From a virus (lineage: Duplodnaviria; Caudoviricetes): a stretch of DNA of 43,363 bases. This document shows positions 1-8,957 of this stretch, piece after piece. Location of the stretch: IMG/VR virus record IMGVR_UViG_3300049924_000085, positions 1 through 43,363 of that record; one strand, given 5' to 3'. The notes below the pieces were generated by a model. That model saw only the letters and a list, made by a program, of their open reading frames with translations, was not told the origin of the DNA and searched no databases. The position numbers and the translations under genes are program-made. Numbering within the stretch: position 1 is the first letter of the stretch; each line of letters begins with the position of its first letter.

Positions 1-438
1 GACTATATTGCCGTGGCTGAGTCAGCGCACAAGCAGCGCGCCGAAGCGGCCACCAGCAAGGCAGCAGCCATCAGCGCCATCTGCGAGCAAGTCGCAGGCG
101 GCAAGGACCAGTGGGCCAAGGCCCGTGACTGGGCCGCCGGTGAGGCGACCCCGGCACAACGCGAAGAACTCAACGCAGCCATGCGTGCCGGCGGCCTGAC
201 GGCCAAGCTGGCAGCGCAATTCATTGTGGGCCAGTTCGCCAAGCGGCAGGCCCAGAACGCACCAGTGGTCAACCCCGGCGCCGCGGCTCACGCTGCTGCA
301 ACCGGCGGTGCCATCAGCCCCGCGCAATTCCAGCGCGAGGTTGCGGCTCTCACGGCAGCCAAAGGTTGGCGGGCCGCGATGGAGTCTCCGGAGTACAAGG
401 CTCTGGAGCAACGACGCGCCGCTTACCGCGGTCGCTGA
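1..438 (+). CDS. capsid scaffolding protein, C-terminal part (5' partial)
   Basis: Frame open from base 1. Ala-rich helical protein ending 'YKALEQRRAAYRGR', directly upstream of the major capsid gene (T7 gp9 position). Confidence 0.8.
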   Translation, partial: DYIAVAESAHKQRAEAATSKAAAISAICEQVAGGKDQWAKARDWAAGEATPAQREELNAAMRAGGLTAKLAAQFIVGQFAKRQAQNAPVVNPGAAAHAAATGGAISPAQFQREVAALTAAKGWRAAMESPEYKALEQRRAAYRGR

Positions 439-480
439 GACTTTCCCTTTCTTTTTCAACCAGACAGATAGGAGCCACAC

Positions 481-1473
481 ATGGCTTTGGACGACACCTT
501 CACCGTTGCCCCCGTCAACCAGCAGAACTCGGCCGGCGACACGTGGGAACTCATCACCGAGAAATTCACCGGCGTGGTCGAGGGCACCCTCAACCGCCGC
601 TCGGTCATCAAGCCCCTGATCCCGATGGAGAAGGTCGTGGGCACGGACACCCTCCGCGCCGACGCCGTGGGCGAATCGACCATTCAAGCCGTGCCGCGTG
701 ACGGCTCGACGATGGACGGCGACGCCGCCGACTTCAGCAAGATCAACCTGATCGTGGACACGCCCATCGCTGCCCGCGTGACGGTGCCCCTGATCGACCA
801 GTACCAGCAGAACTTCGACAAGCTGGCGAAGGTCGCCGAGGAGCACGGCAAGAAGATCGCCAAGTTCATCGACCAAGCCTTCTTCATCCAGGCAGCCAAG
901 GCGGCGGCGCAAGCCAACTCGTCCTACGGCGCTGGCATGAGCGGCCACTTCGGCGGCTACCAGAAGACGCTGAGCGCGGCCGGTGACGCCACCGACCCGG
1001 CGAAGCTGTACGCGGCCATCCTGGAAGTCCTCCAGAAGATGAGCGAGAAGGACGTGGACGTGCTGGCCGATGGCGTTGTCATCGCGGTCAAGCCGGCCCA
1101 GTACTTCGCGCTGGCCCAGAACGAGATGCTGATCAACAGCGAGTACATCACAGCCTACGGCAACACGGTCAACATGAACGTGCTGAAGTCCTGGGGTGTG
1201 CCGGTCATGATGAGCAACAACTACATGGGCGGCAGCAACATCGCTTCCCACGAGTTGTCGAACGCTCGCAACAGCAACGCCTACAACGGCGACTTCACCA
1301 AGCACGTCGCGACGGCCTTCGCCCCGCGCTCGCTGCTGGCCGGTGAGACGATCCCCCTCCAGTCGAAAATCTTCTTCAGCGATGTCCGCAAGCTGTGGTT
1401 CATCGATGCGTGGACTGCCTTCGGCGTGACCCCGAACCGCGCCGAGTTCGCGGCCAACATCCTGCTGCCGTGA
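481..1473 (+). CDS. major capsid protein (T7 gp10-like)
   Basis: 330 aa, GGAG RBS. Motifs 'EKFTGVVEGT', 'GKKIAKFIDQAFFIQ', 'WFIDAWTAFGVTPNRAE' typical of phiKMV/T7-like capsids. Confidence 0.95.
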   Translation: MALDDTFTVAPVNQQNSAGDTWELITEKFTGVVEGTLNRRSVIKPLIPMEKVVGTDTLRADAVGESTIQAVPRDGSTMDGDAADFSKINLIVDTPIAARVTVPLIDQYQQNFDKLAKVAEEHGKKIAKFIDQAFFIQAAKAAAQANSSYGAGMSGHFGGYQKTLSAAGDATDPAKLYAAILEVLQKMSEKDVDVLADGVVIAVKPAQYFALAQNEMLINSEYITAYGNTVNMNVLKSWGVPVMMSNNYMGGSNIASHELSNARNSNAYNGDFTKHVATAFAPRSLLAGETIPLQSKIFFSDVRKLWFIDAWTAFGVTPNRAEFAANILLP

Positions 1474-1688
1474 TCGCCGGTCTTCTGGCGGTCCTCAGCC
1501 CCTCGGCCATCCTGAAGCTGATCGAGGCCTTCATAAGGGGCATCGAGAAGTTCGCAGAGGCCGAGGAGCGCAAGGCCGCGGTGCTGCGTCAGGCGGCAAC
1601 TGCACTGCTCGACAGCGCAGCGAACGCAGAGGACGAGGCCGCGGAAGCGGACCATATCGCCCAGAATCTGCGCAAAGCACTGCTGTAA
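1470..1688 (+). CDS. small helical protein, resembles T7 gp4.3
   Basis: GTG overlaps the capsid stop (GTGA); 72 aa; ends just before the terminator. C-terminal L-DSA-x5-EAA-x5-AQ-L-K pattern recalls T7 gp4.3 (from memory). Confidence 0.6.
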   Translation: MIAGLLAVLSPSAILKLIEAFIRGIEKFAEAEERKAAVLRQAATALLDSAANAEDEAAEADHIAQNLRKALL

Positions 1689-1697
1689 AGCAAGTTA

Positions 1698-1725
1698 CCC
1701 AGGGGCTTCGGCCCCTGGGCTTTTT
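1698..1725 (+). terminator. Tphi-like intrinsic terminator
   Basis: CCCAGGGGC-TTCG-GCCCCTGGG perfect 9-bp stem followed by CTTTTT, downstream of the capsid gene. Confidence 0.92.
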
Positions 1726-1745
1726 CATCAACCGGAGTCTGACCC

Positions 1746-2327
1746 ATGTACACCGAACTCGAAGCCATCAACGCCTGTTTGGCGTCAATGGGTGAGGCCC
1801 CTGTGCTCTCGCTCGACGTGCCCCATCCCTACGTGCCGCAGGCCGTGTCGTTCCTGTCCAAGCACAACAAGCTCGTGCAGACGAACCGGTGGTGGTTCAA
1901 CCAGTCGCTCGTCACACTGGAATTCGACGTGGACGGCATCGCGACGAACTTGCCGACCGGCGCCATCGCCATCGTGGGCCAGCAAGGCAACGCCTACGTC
2001 CTGAACTTCGATGGCACGGTGTATGACATTGGCCGCGGTGAGCAAGTCACGTCCGGCGTGACCGTGTACGTGATCCGTGAGTTGCCCTTCGAGGCGCTGC
2101 CGCCCGAGGCGAACGCCTACGTCAGCGACTGCACCATCCTGGACTTCCAGACCAGCTACGATGCGGACCCGACCCGCACCCAACTGCTGCGCGAGAACCG
2201 CCAGCGTTCGTGGATGATGCTGCACGCTCAGCACACCCGCCTGACCAAGGTCAACCTGTTCAAGCGCGTGGCGTCCAAGCTGAACGACATGCGCGGTGAT
2301 CGTCCGTTCCTCCGGGGTCAGGAATGA
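1746..2327 (+). CDS. tail tubular protein A (gp11-like adaptor)
   Basis: Starts 'TELEAINACLASMGEAPV', contains 'WWFN' and 'LPFEALP'; 193 aa; syntenic. Confidence 0.92.
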   Translation: MYTELEAINACLASMGEAPVLSLDVPHPYVPQAVSFLSKHNKLVQTNRWWFNQSLVTLEFDVDGIATNLPTGAIAIVGQQGNAYVLNFDGTVYDIGRGEQVTSGVTVYVIRELPFEALPPEANAYVSDCTILDFQTSYDADPTRTQLLRENRQRSWMMLHAQHTRLTKVNLFKRVASKLNDMRGDRPFLRGQE

Positions 2328-5300
2328 CCAAGGTCAACCGGGCTTACCCGCACTTGCTCGGCGGGGTGAGCCAAGAGCCATCAGAGCGCCGCGGTGCCGG
2401 GGAGCACTGGGAGCAAGTCAACCTCCTGTCCGACCCGGTGCGCGGCTTGACCCGCCGGGCCGGCGCCCAACTGCTGGCGTCCCAGGTCATCGACGACTCG
2501 GACGTGACCTCCGGCCTGGAAGGAGCGGACACGCGGACCTACGACTTCCAAGTCGGAGAGAACTACCTGTCCGTGGTGTACCCGACCAGCCCTGGTCGGA
2601 TGGGCCAGCTTCTCGTCTTCAACAAGACGAACGGCAGCATCGTCCCCGTGACCACGCAGGCCAACGGCGACGTGGTAGACCTCATGAGCGGCGGCGTCCT
2701 GTCCTGCACCAGCCTGGGCCGTTTCGTGGTCTTCGCCGGGCCGGGCCTGGAGCCGACCTACACCACGACCGAGCGGTACGGCGTGGAGTCCAACCTCCAG
2801 CACCACATCATCTGGATTCGCGGCGGCGCCTACAGCCGCACGTACCGCATCGCCCTGGTGCGCGGGAACCAGAAGCTGTGGGTCGAGTACACCACCCCGG
2901 CCGCGAGCTACCCCGATCCCCTGGACACGTCCGGCCTGAACGTCAACGACCCGGACTACCTGAAGCAGGTCAACGACCTGACGAACCAGTACAACAGCGC
3001 GGTCAACGCCTGGATTGCGTCCGCCCTGGAGGCCGCGCAGCCCGAGAACATCGCCCGCACCTTGGCCGAGGAAATCACGAACAGCGGCTTCCTGGGCGTC
3101 GGTGAGACGGCCGAGGCGACCGGTGCCAACATTTACCTGCTGGCCCCGAGCGTCGAGGACGTGGAAGTCGAGGACGGCGGCGACGGCTCGCTGGCCCGCG
3201 GCGTCGGCAACACGGTCGCCGCGGCCGAACTGCTGAGCCTGTTCCACTACCCGGGTAAGATCGTCCGGGTCCGTCCGAACAACAGCACGAACGGCCAGTG
3301 CTTCTACATGCAGGCCGTCCCGAAGGACGGCAGCACGGGCGCCGTGACGGAAGTCTCCTGGCGCGAGACGGCGGGCACCCGCTTCACTCCGACCGTGGTC
3401 TTCGGCGTCCTCGCCGTCACGAACGATGGCGACGTGGCGCACTTTGGCACGGACCTGGACACCCTGCGCACCGCGTCAGCGGACTTCTCCGGCCTACCGG
3501 CGTACAGCCCGAGCGACGCCGGGGACGCGGACAGCAACCCGCCGCTGCGCTTCCTGGGCGAGTCGCCCACCGGCCTGACCACGTTCCAAGACCGCCTCGT
3601 GGTCCTGTGCAACAACAGCGTGGGCACCAGTCGGACCAGTGACTACTTCAACTTCTTCCGCTCGTCCATCGTGACGGTGACGGCGGATGACCCGGTGTCG
3701 TTCGTAACCATTGGCGGTGAGGATGACATTCTCCGCTACGCCCTGACCTATGACCGCAACCTGATCCTGTGGGGCACACAGCAGTACATCGTGGACGGCC
3801 GCAAGCCGTTCACCCCGACGACCGTCAGCAGCGTCCGCATGGCGTCCATCAAGGACGCGCTCAGCGTGCCGCCGACCCTGGCCGGGACGTTCATGTTCTA
3901 CGGCCGCACCCGGGACGATGGCAGCGGGACGATCAACCATCTCCAGCCCGGCCGCATCCAAGAGGCTCCCGAGACGCACGACCTGTCGCGCCGATTGAAG
4001 AACTACATCGCCGGAGCCCCGCAGGAAATCAGCGTGGGTCAGGACCCGGACTTCCTGGCCGTCCGCAGCCGCGAGGCCAATGACCTGAAGCTGTACTACT
4101 ACCAGGATGCCGCCAACGGCGAGCGCGTATTGTCGGCGTGGTTCCGGTGGACGTTCGACAACGCGGCGGGGCAACTGCTCGGTGTCAGCGTCCTAAACGG
4201 AGCGGTGTACCTCCTATTCGGAATCGTCAACGAGTCCGAGGAGGGCAACACGATCCAGACGTACCTGGGCCGCGTCAGCCAGCAGGCGTCCGGCGTGCCC
4301 TACCTGGACCTGTGGCAGGCCGCGGATAGTGGGACAGTGCCGACCCCGGAACTCGAAGCCGCCCTGCTGTGGGCCGGCGGGGCTAGCTTGAGCTACGTTG
4401 GCAGTGCGGCAACGACGGACGGCGACTACTACCGCGGCTTGCCGATGGACGCCTACGTCACGCTGACCAGCCCGTTCGCTACGGATCGGGACGGCTTACC
4501 GATCCTCAACGCCCGAACCGTGGTCAACACGGTCAAGGTGTACACAGACGACACCAGCGGGCTCCAGTGGGCCGTGCGGGTCAACGGACAGTGCCTGGGA
4601 CAGGGGGCGTGGCTCGTGCCGCAGGGCGCCGTGCAGTGCCCGGTGGGCGAGGAGATCACTATCCTACACGAGGCGTTCGACACGGACATCCTGGACCGCC
4701 TGCCGGCCCCGATCACCACGGGCATTACTCCGTGGACGGGCTTCATGTTCGAGGACGAGATTTCTCCTTTCGAGGCGGAGTGGGAGGAGTCCACCGGGGA
4801 TGTGGTGTGCTCGCAGTTCACCCTGACCTTCCTGGGAGCAACTCTGGGCCTATTCGGGGACACGCAGGGCGTGACCGTGGGCTTCGTCGGCATCGCAGGG
4901 GTGGTGGAGATTCTCCGGGACTCCGGGCTCAATGGTAGCGCGTGGACTCTACAGGACCTTCCAGTGGGTATAGATTCCGCGGACTTGACGCTGGATGGGG
5001 ACGGGTTCTCGGTCGTGATCACACCCACGGTGCCGGTGGCTATCCTCGAAGTCGGGCTGTACGCTGAACTGGCAAACCCGACCAGCGACTGGGAACTCAC
5101 GCTGACTGGAGCCACAGCGGTGGCCGAGATACCTGTGCCGGCTGCGATCTGGGGCGCCAGCCGACTCACGGCCAGCAATGCGTACCTGTCCAACCTGAAT
5201 GGCGTCGATCCCTACGGGACCAGCTTCGTGAACGGCCAGATGCGGGCGTACAACGAGACGGAGGACCTCACGTCAGTGCCGGCCCTGCCGCCCTTCCCGC

Positions 5301-5437
5301 ATGCCACGGCCATCATCCCGGTCGGCCGGGAGACGCGCGACTACCGCCTGACGTTGCAGTCCTACCTGTGGACGCCGTTGACCATCAAGGCGGTGGAGTG
5401 GGTCGGGCAGCTTCTGTACCGCAACCGGAGACTCTGA
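2324..5437 (+). CDS. tail tubular protein B (gp12-like nozzle) with an extra C-terminal-region insertion
   Basis: 'LLGGVSQEP', 'GLTRRAG', 'TFQDRLV', 'SRTSDYFNFFR', 'SAWFRWTF', terminal 'EWVGQ'; 1037 aa. Confidence 0.92.
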   Translation: MTKVNRAYPHLLGGVSQEPSERRGAGEHWEQVNLLSDPVRGLTRRAGAQLLASQVIDDSDVTSGLEGADTRTYDFQVGENYLSVVYPTSPGRMGQLLVFNKTNGSIVPVTTQANGDVVDLMSGGVLSCTSLGRFVVFAGPGLEPTYTTTERYGVESNLQHHIIWIRGGAYSRTYRIALVRGNQKLWVEYTTPAASYPDPLDTSGLNVNDPDYLKQVNDLTNQYNSAVNAWIASALEAAQPENIARTLAEEITNSGFLGVGETAEATGANIYLLAPSVEDVEVEDGGDGSLARGVGNTVAAAELLSLFHYPGKIVRVRPNNSTNGQCFYMQAVPKDGSTGAVTEVSWRETAGTRFTPTVVFGVLAVTNDGDVAHFGTDLDTLRTASADFSGLPAYSPSDAGDADSNPPLRFLGESPTGLTTFQDRLVVLCNNSVGTSRTSDYFNFFRSSIVTVTADDPVSFVTIGGEDDILRYALTYDRNLILWGTQQYIVDGRKPFTPTTVSSVRMASIKDALSVPPTLAGTFMFYGRTRDDGSGTINHLQPGRIQEAPETHDLSRRLKNYIAGAPQEISVGQDPDFLAVRSREANDLKLYYYQDAANGERVLSAWFRWTFDNAAGQLLGVSVLNGAVYLLFGIVNESEEGNTIQTYLGRVSQQASGVPYLDLWQAADSGTVPTPELEAALLWAGGASLSYVGSAATTDGDYYRGLPMDAYVTLTSPFATDRDGLPILNARTVVNTVKVYTDDTSGLQWAVRVNGQCLGQGAWLVPQGAVQCPVGEEITILHEAFDTDILDRLPAPITTGITPWTGFMFEDEISPFEAEWEESTGDVVCSQFTLTFLGATLGLFGDTQGVTVGFVGIAGVVEILRDSGLNGSAWTLQDLPVGIDSADLTLDGDGFSVVITPTVPVAILEVGLYAELANPTSDWELTLTGATAVAEIPVPAAIWGASRLTASNAYLSNLNGVDPYGTSFVNGQMRAYNETEDLTSVPALPPFPHATAIIPVGRETRDYRLTLQSYLWTPLTIKAVEWVGQLLYRNRRL

Positions 5438-5928
5438 TGCCGACCGACATTGTGGCCCCGCAGGGCCCGTACCAGTTGACCAAGCACGACTTCGACCGCC
5501 TGCCCGTGGATCGGGCGACAATGCAGCGCCGCATCCAGATCAAGAATCTGGAGCAGTCGATGCTCGCCCTGGTGGGTGAGGGCGACCCCGAAGCCTTCGG
5601 GTCGGACTACCTGAAGCCCGTGCATTACTTCAGCCGGGGCATGTACGTCCGCGAACTGCGGATGCCTGCGGGGTACACAATCGTAGGGAAGCGCCACGCC
5701 CGGGAGCACATCGTCATCATCAGCGAGGGCCGGTGCCTGTGCATCACCGAGCGCGGCAGCGAGGAGCTTAGGGCCCCGTGCAGCTTCATCAGCCCGGCCG
5801 GCGAGAAGCGTGCACTGTACATGCTGGAGGACACGACCTGGGTGACGATTCATCGCACCGAGGCGACCAACCTGGAGGACGCCGAGGCGGACCTCATTCT
5901 TGCAGAGGAGCCCGTATGTCATGGGTAG
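5437..5928 (+). CDS. cupin-fold protein
   Basis: ATG overlaps the previous stop (TGATG). 'HYFSRGMYVRELRMPAGYTIVGKRHAREH...SPAGEKR...WVTIH' matches phage cupin-like proteins. Confidence 0.7.
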   Translation: MPTDIVAPQGPYQLTKHDFDRLPVDRATMQRRIQIKNLEQSMLALVGEGDPEAFGSDYLKPVHYFSRGMYVRELRMPAGYTIVGKRHAREHIVIISEGRCLCITERGSEELRAPCSFISPAGEKRALYMLEDTTWVTIHRTEATNLEDAEADLILAEEPVCHG

Positions 5929-6611
5929 CAGTCGGCGTCACAGCCGTCAAGGTGATCAGCGGGCACCGCGCAGCCAAGGCGCAAGAGGCGCTCGGCGAGG
6001 CGAAGGCCAAGTACGAGAACGCTATGCGTGTCAGCCAGAACCAACTGGAGGGCGCGCAGACCGCCCTGGCGAACGTGGCCCAGAGCATCGCCAACCGTCG
6101 CAGGCTCGACGCCGCCGGGGAGAACCTCGCCCGTGGCGGGGAAGCCCTGGCCCGGGCCCAGGAAGCGAATAGCGCCAACAGCTTCGCCCGCCAGATTCGC
6201 GGCGCGGAGTCGCAGGGCGAGGCCGTGGCCGGCGCCGCCTTCTCCGGCATCGTGGGTGGTAGCGTGCAGACCCTAGTGGAGACGGCCGCTCTACGCAGCG
6301 AGATGATCGAGGAAGTCACCGGCCGGCAGCAAGAGCAAGCCGAGTACGAGCTTCGTAAGAACACGGCCGAGCAGTCCGCCGCTGGAATCGCCGGCCTAGA
6401 CATGCGGCTGCTGCGCCCGAACATCAACGTGGGCGAGTCCGTGAACCAAGCGCCTAAGGCGGGCTCGCTGCTCGACGCAGCCGCCGGTCCCGCGCTGGAC
6501 CTCGCGGCGGCATACTTCTCCGGCGGCGTCACTTCGGCGTTCCAAGACTCAGCCAGCACCACGAACGGCGCCAGCAACGGCGGCGACCGCGGCACCCGAG
6601 GAGGCTTCTGA
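5916..6611 (+). CDS. internal virion (ejection) protein, gp14-like
   Basis: GAGGAG RBS; hydrophobic N-terminus 'MSWVAVGVTAV'; Ala/Gln-rich helical; syntenic. Confidence 0.75.
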   Translation: MSWVAVGVTAVKVISGHRAAKAQEALGEAKAKYENAMRVSQNQLEGAQTALANVAQSIANRRRLDAAGENLARGGEALARAQEANSANSFARQIRGAESQGEAVAGAAFSGIVGGSVQTLVETAALRSEMIEEVTGRQQEQAEYELRKNTAEQSAAGIAGLDMRLLRPNINVGESVNQAPKAGSLLDAAAGPALDLAAAYFSGGVTSAFQDSASTTNGASNGGDRGTRGGF

Positions 6612-8947
6612 TGGACTCATTCTCTCTCCCTGATCAGAAGCCCACGTTCAGCCAAGAGACGGCGGCGCCCATCGCCCCGCAAGTCGGTCTCGTTGGCGGC
6701 GCCATCCGTGGTGGCCTGGAACTGCGCGACCCGAGCAAGGACCAGCCCGGCGTGATGGACGCCCTGTTCAAGTTCGCCGAGAAAATCGGCGACGAGCGCG
6801 TGGCCGAATGGAAGGCCCAGAAGCGCGACGAGGCGTTCATGGCCGGTGTCGGCCGGGCCGCCCAAGGCGAAGCGGCCAAGGACATTGCCGCCAGCCAGCC
6901 CTGGTACGCCAAGCTGTTCGGCGGCGGGAACGTGGTGGCCGGGGCTCGCGCCTGGGAAGGCATCACGGACGCGAACCAGATGGAAGCGTCCTTCATGGAG
7001 CGGATGAAGGACCTCCGGGAACTGCCGCCGGAGAAGGCGCAGGCCGCGCTGCTGGAGATGCACAAGCAGATGGGCAGCGGGGACCCGACCCGCGACGGCG
7101 CCCGCAACGCGATGTTCGTCAAGTCCCTGCCCGGCATCCTGAAGCTGCACGCCAAGGCGCACGTCTCGTACCAGCAGGAAGTCGCCACCGAGGCGCAGCG
7201 CAAGGGCATCCAGTCCGCGCTGAACGGCTACTCGGCCAAGGTCCAAGCCGTCAAGAGCGTGGACCGCGATGACGACAGCGACCTGGACCAGCCCAAGGCG
7301 GACCTCGCGGCCTTGTTCAAGGTCCCGCAGGGCGTCAACCCGGACACGTACAACGCCCAGATCGTGGAGGGCATGGCGAACGGGATGGCGATGGGCAAGT
7401 TCGAGGCGTACACCGAGGCGAAGAAGCAGGGCCTGCTCAACGGCCTGCCCCGCCAGTACGCCCGGCAACTGGAGCAACTGCACGACACCGAGGCCCGCAA
7501 GGTAGCCTTCGACCGTGCCCCGGCTCACCTGAAGGACCGCCTGTTCAGCATCGCCGGGATGGACGCAGCCAGCACAGCGGCCACCCTGAACTCGATCAAC
7601 GAGGAGTTCACCCTGCTGACCGGCCTGGAGATTCCCCTGGTGCCCACCGAGAAGTACCAGACCCTGGTGCAGTCAGCCGCCCGCCGGGACGAGGCCAAGG
7701 CCGCCGAGCGGGCGCGCAAGGCTGAGCGCGCCGAGGACAAGGCCGAGCGCGAAGCTGCGCGGGCCGAGGAGAAGAACGCCAAGCTGGCCGTCGCCATCGC
7801 TGACGAGGCCGCGAACAACGAGGCCGCGAACAAGTTGGTCGAGGCGGTGCTGGATGACCCGCGCCCCGGCAGCGTCAAGGTCGGCATGCTCAGCGCCAAG
7901 GGCAGCGACGCCCTGAAGATTGCTCAGCAGCGCCTGCCCCTGGTGGCGGCCGAGCGGTGGGGCAACCCGAAGCTGGAGGCCGGCGAGCAAGAGGCCCTAG
8001 ATCAGATCGCGGACCCGCTCCAGCGGCAGGAGGCGCAGCGCGCCGTCGAGGCCAAGGCCCGCAACAAGCTGCTCATGAAGGACGACCTGGACCTGACCGC
8101 GGTGCGCGAGCAAGTCAAGTCGGACCTCTCGTCTGGGAACTACATGGTCGCAGCGCAGACCATCGAGGCCCTGGCCTTCGGTGCGGAGGGCAGCGGCATG
8201 CAGAAGCTGCCGGCCAACTTCGCCCGAGTCGTGCCCGAGGAGCACCGCGCCGTCATGACCGCGTACATCACGGCCCTGGGCGCGCAAGGCCCGAACCCGA
8301 AGACCGGCCGGATGGAAGTGGACCACGCTGCCCTGTGGGCGGCGGCCGAGGCGAAGACGATGTTCACCAGCAAGAAGCCGCCGACCAAGGCGCAGCTTGG
8401 CGAACTGAAGGCCGCCGTCGAGAAGGAGGGTGGGGGCTACTTCTTCGGCAACGACGACATGAAGGGTACGCAGGCCAGCAAGCTGATGGAGGACGTGGCG
8501 ACCCGCGTGTTCGATGGCCGCGTCAGCGCGGACAACCTGACGCCGCACGGTGACGCCATCGCCCGAGCCAAGGAGCAGATTCAGATGCTGCCCGGCACAG
8601 GCGTGGCCTACCTGAAGAACCCGCAGGCCCCGGTGCCGGTCCACGATGACCGCTACCTGCGGGCCCTGCCGAAGGCGGACCAAGCGTACCTGTCCACCCC
8701 GGACCGCGTTGGCTTCGCCCTGAAGGATGCGGCCGAGGCCCGTGGCATGTCGCTGGACAACAACGCCCGGGTCTATCGTGCCGACGACACCCCTGGCGGT
8801 GCGCCGTACTTCGTGATCCTGGGCCAAGGCCCTGGCACCATCGAAGTGATCAGCATGGCCGACATGCTGGCGGCGGCCAAGAAACGGTACGCGAAGCTGA
8901 CCGACAAGCCGGTGCCGAGCGGCGACGGCAGCTACGTGGCACCTTGA
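6611..8947 (+). CDS. internal virion protein, gp15-like
   Basis: 778 aa, helical, with 'QPWYAKLFG'; lies between the gp14- and gp16-like genes. Confidence 0.8.
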   Translation: MDSFSLPDQKPTFSQETAAPIAPQVGLVGGAIRGGLELRDPSKDQPGVMDALFKFAEKIGDERVAEWKAQKRDEAFMAGVGRAAQGEAAKDIAASQPWYAKLFGGGNVVAGARAWEGITDANQMEASFMERMKDLRELPPEKAQAALLEMHKQMGSGDPTRDGARNAMFVKSLPGILKLHAKAHVSYQQEVATEAQRKGIQSALNGYSAKVQAVKSVDRDDDSDLDQPKADLAALFKVPQGVNPDTYNAQIVEGMANGMAMGKFEAYTEAKKQGLLNGLPRQYARQLEQLHDTEARKVAFDRAPAHLKDRLFSIAGMDAASTAATLNSINEEFTLLTGLEIPLVPTEKYQTLVQSAARRDEAKAAERARKAERAEDKAEREAARAEEKNAKLAVAIADEAANNEAANKLVEAVLDDPRPGSVKVGMLSAKGSDALKIAQQRLPLVAAERWGNPKLEAGEQEALDQIADPLQRQEAQRAVEAKARNKLLMKDDLDLTAVREQVKSDLSSGNYMVAAQTIEALAFGAEGSGMQKLPANFARVVPEEHRAVMTAYITALGAQGPNPKTGRMEVDHAALWAAAEAKTMFTSKKPPTKAQLGELKAAVEKEGGGYFFGNDDMKGTQASKLMEDVATRVFDGRVSADNLTPHGDAIARAKEQIQMLPGTGVAYLKNPQAPVPVHDDRYLRALPKADQAYLSTPDRVGFALKDAAEARGMSLDNNARVYRADDTPGGAPYFVILGQGPGTIEVISMADMLAAAKKRYAKLTDKPVPSGDGSYVAP

Positions 8948-8957
8948 AAGGACGACC

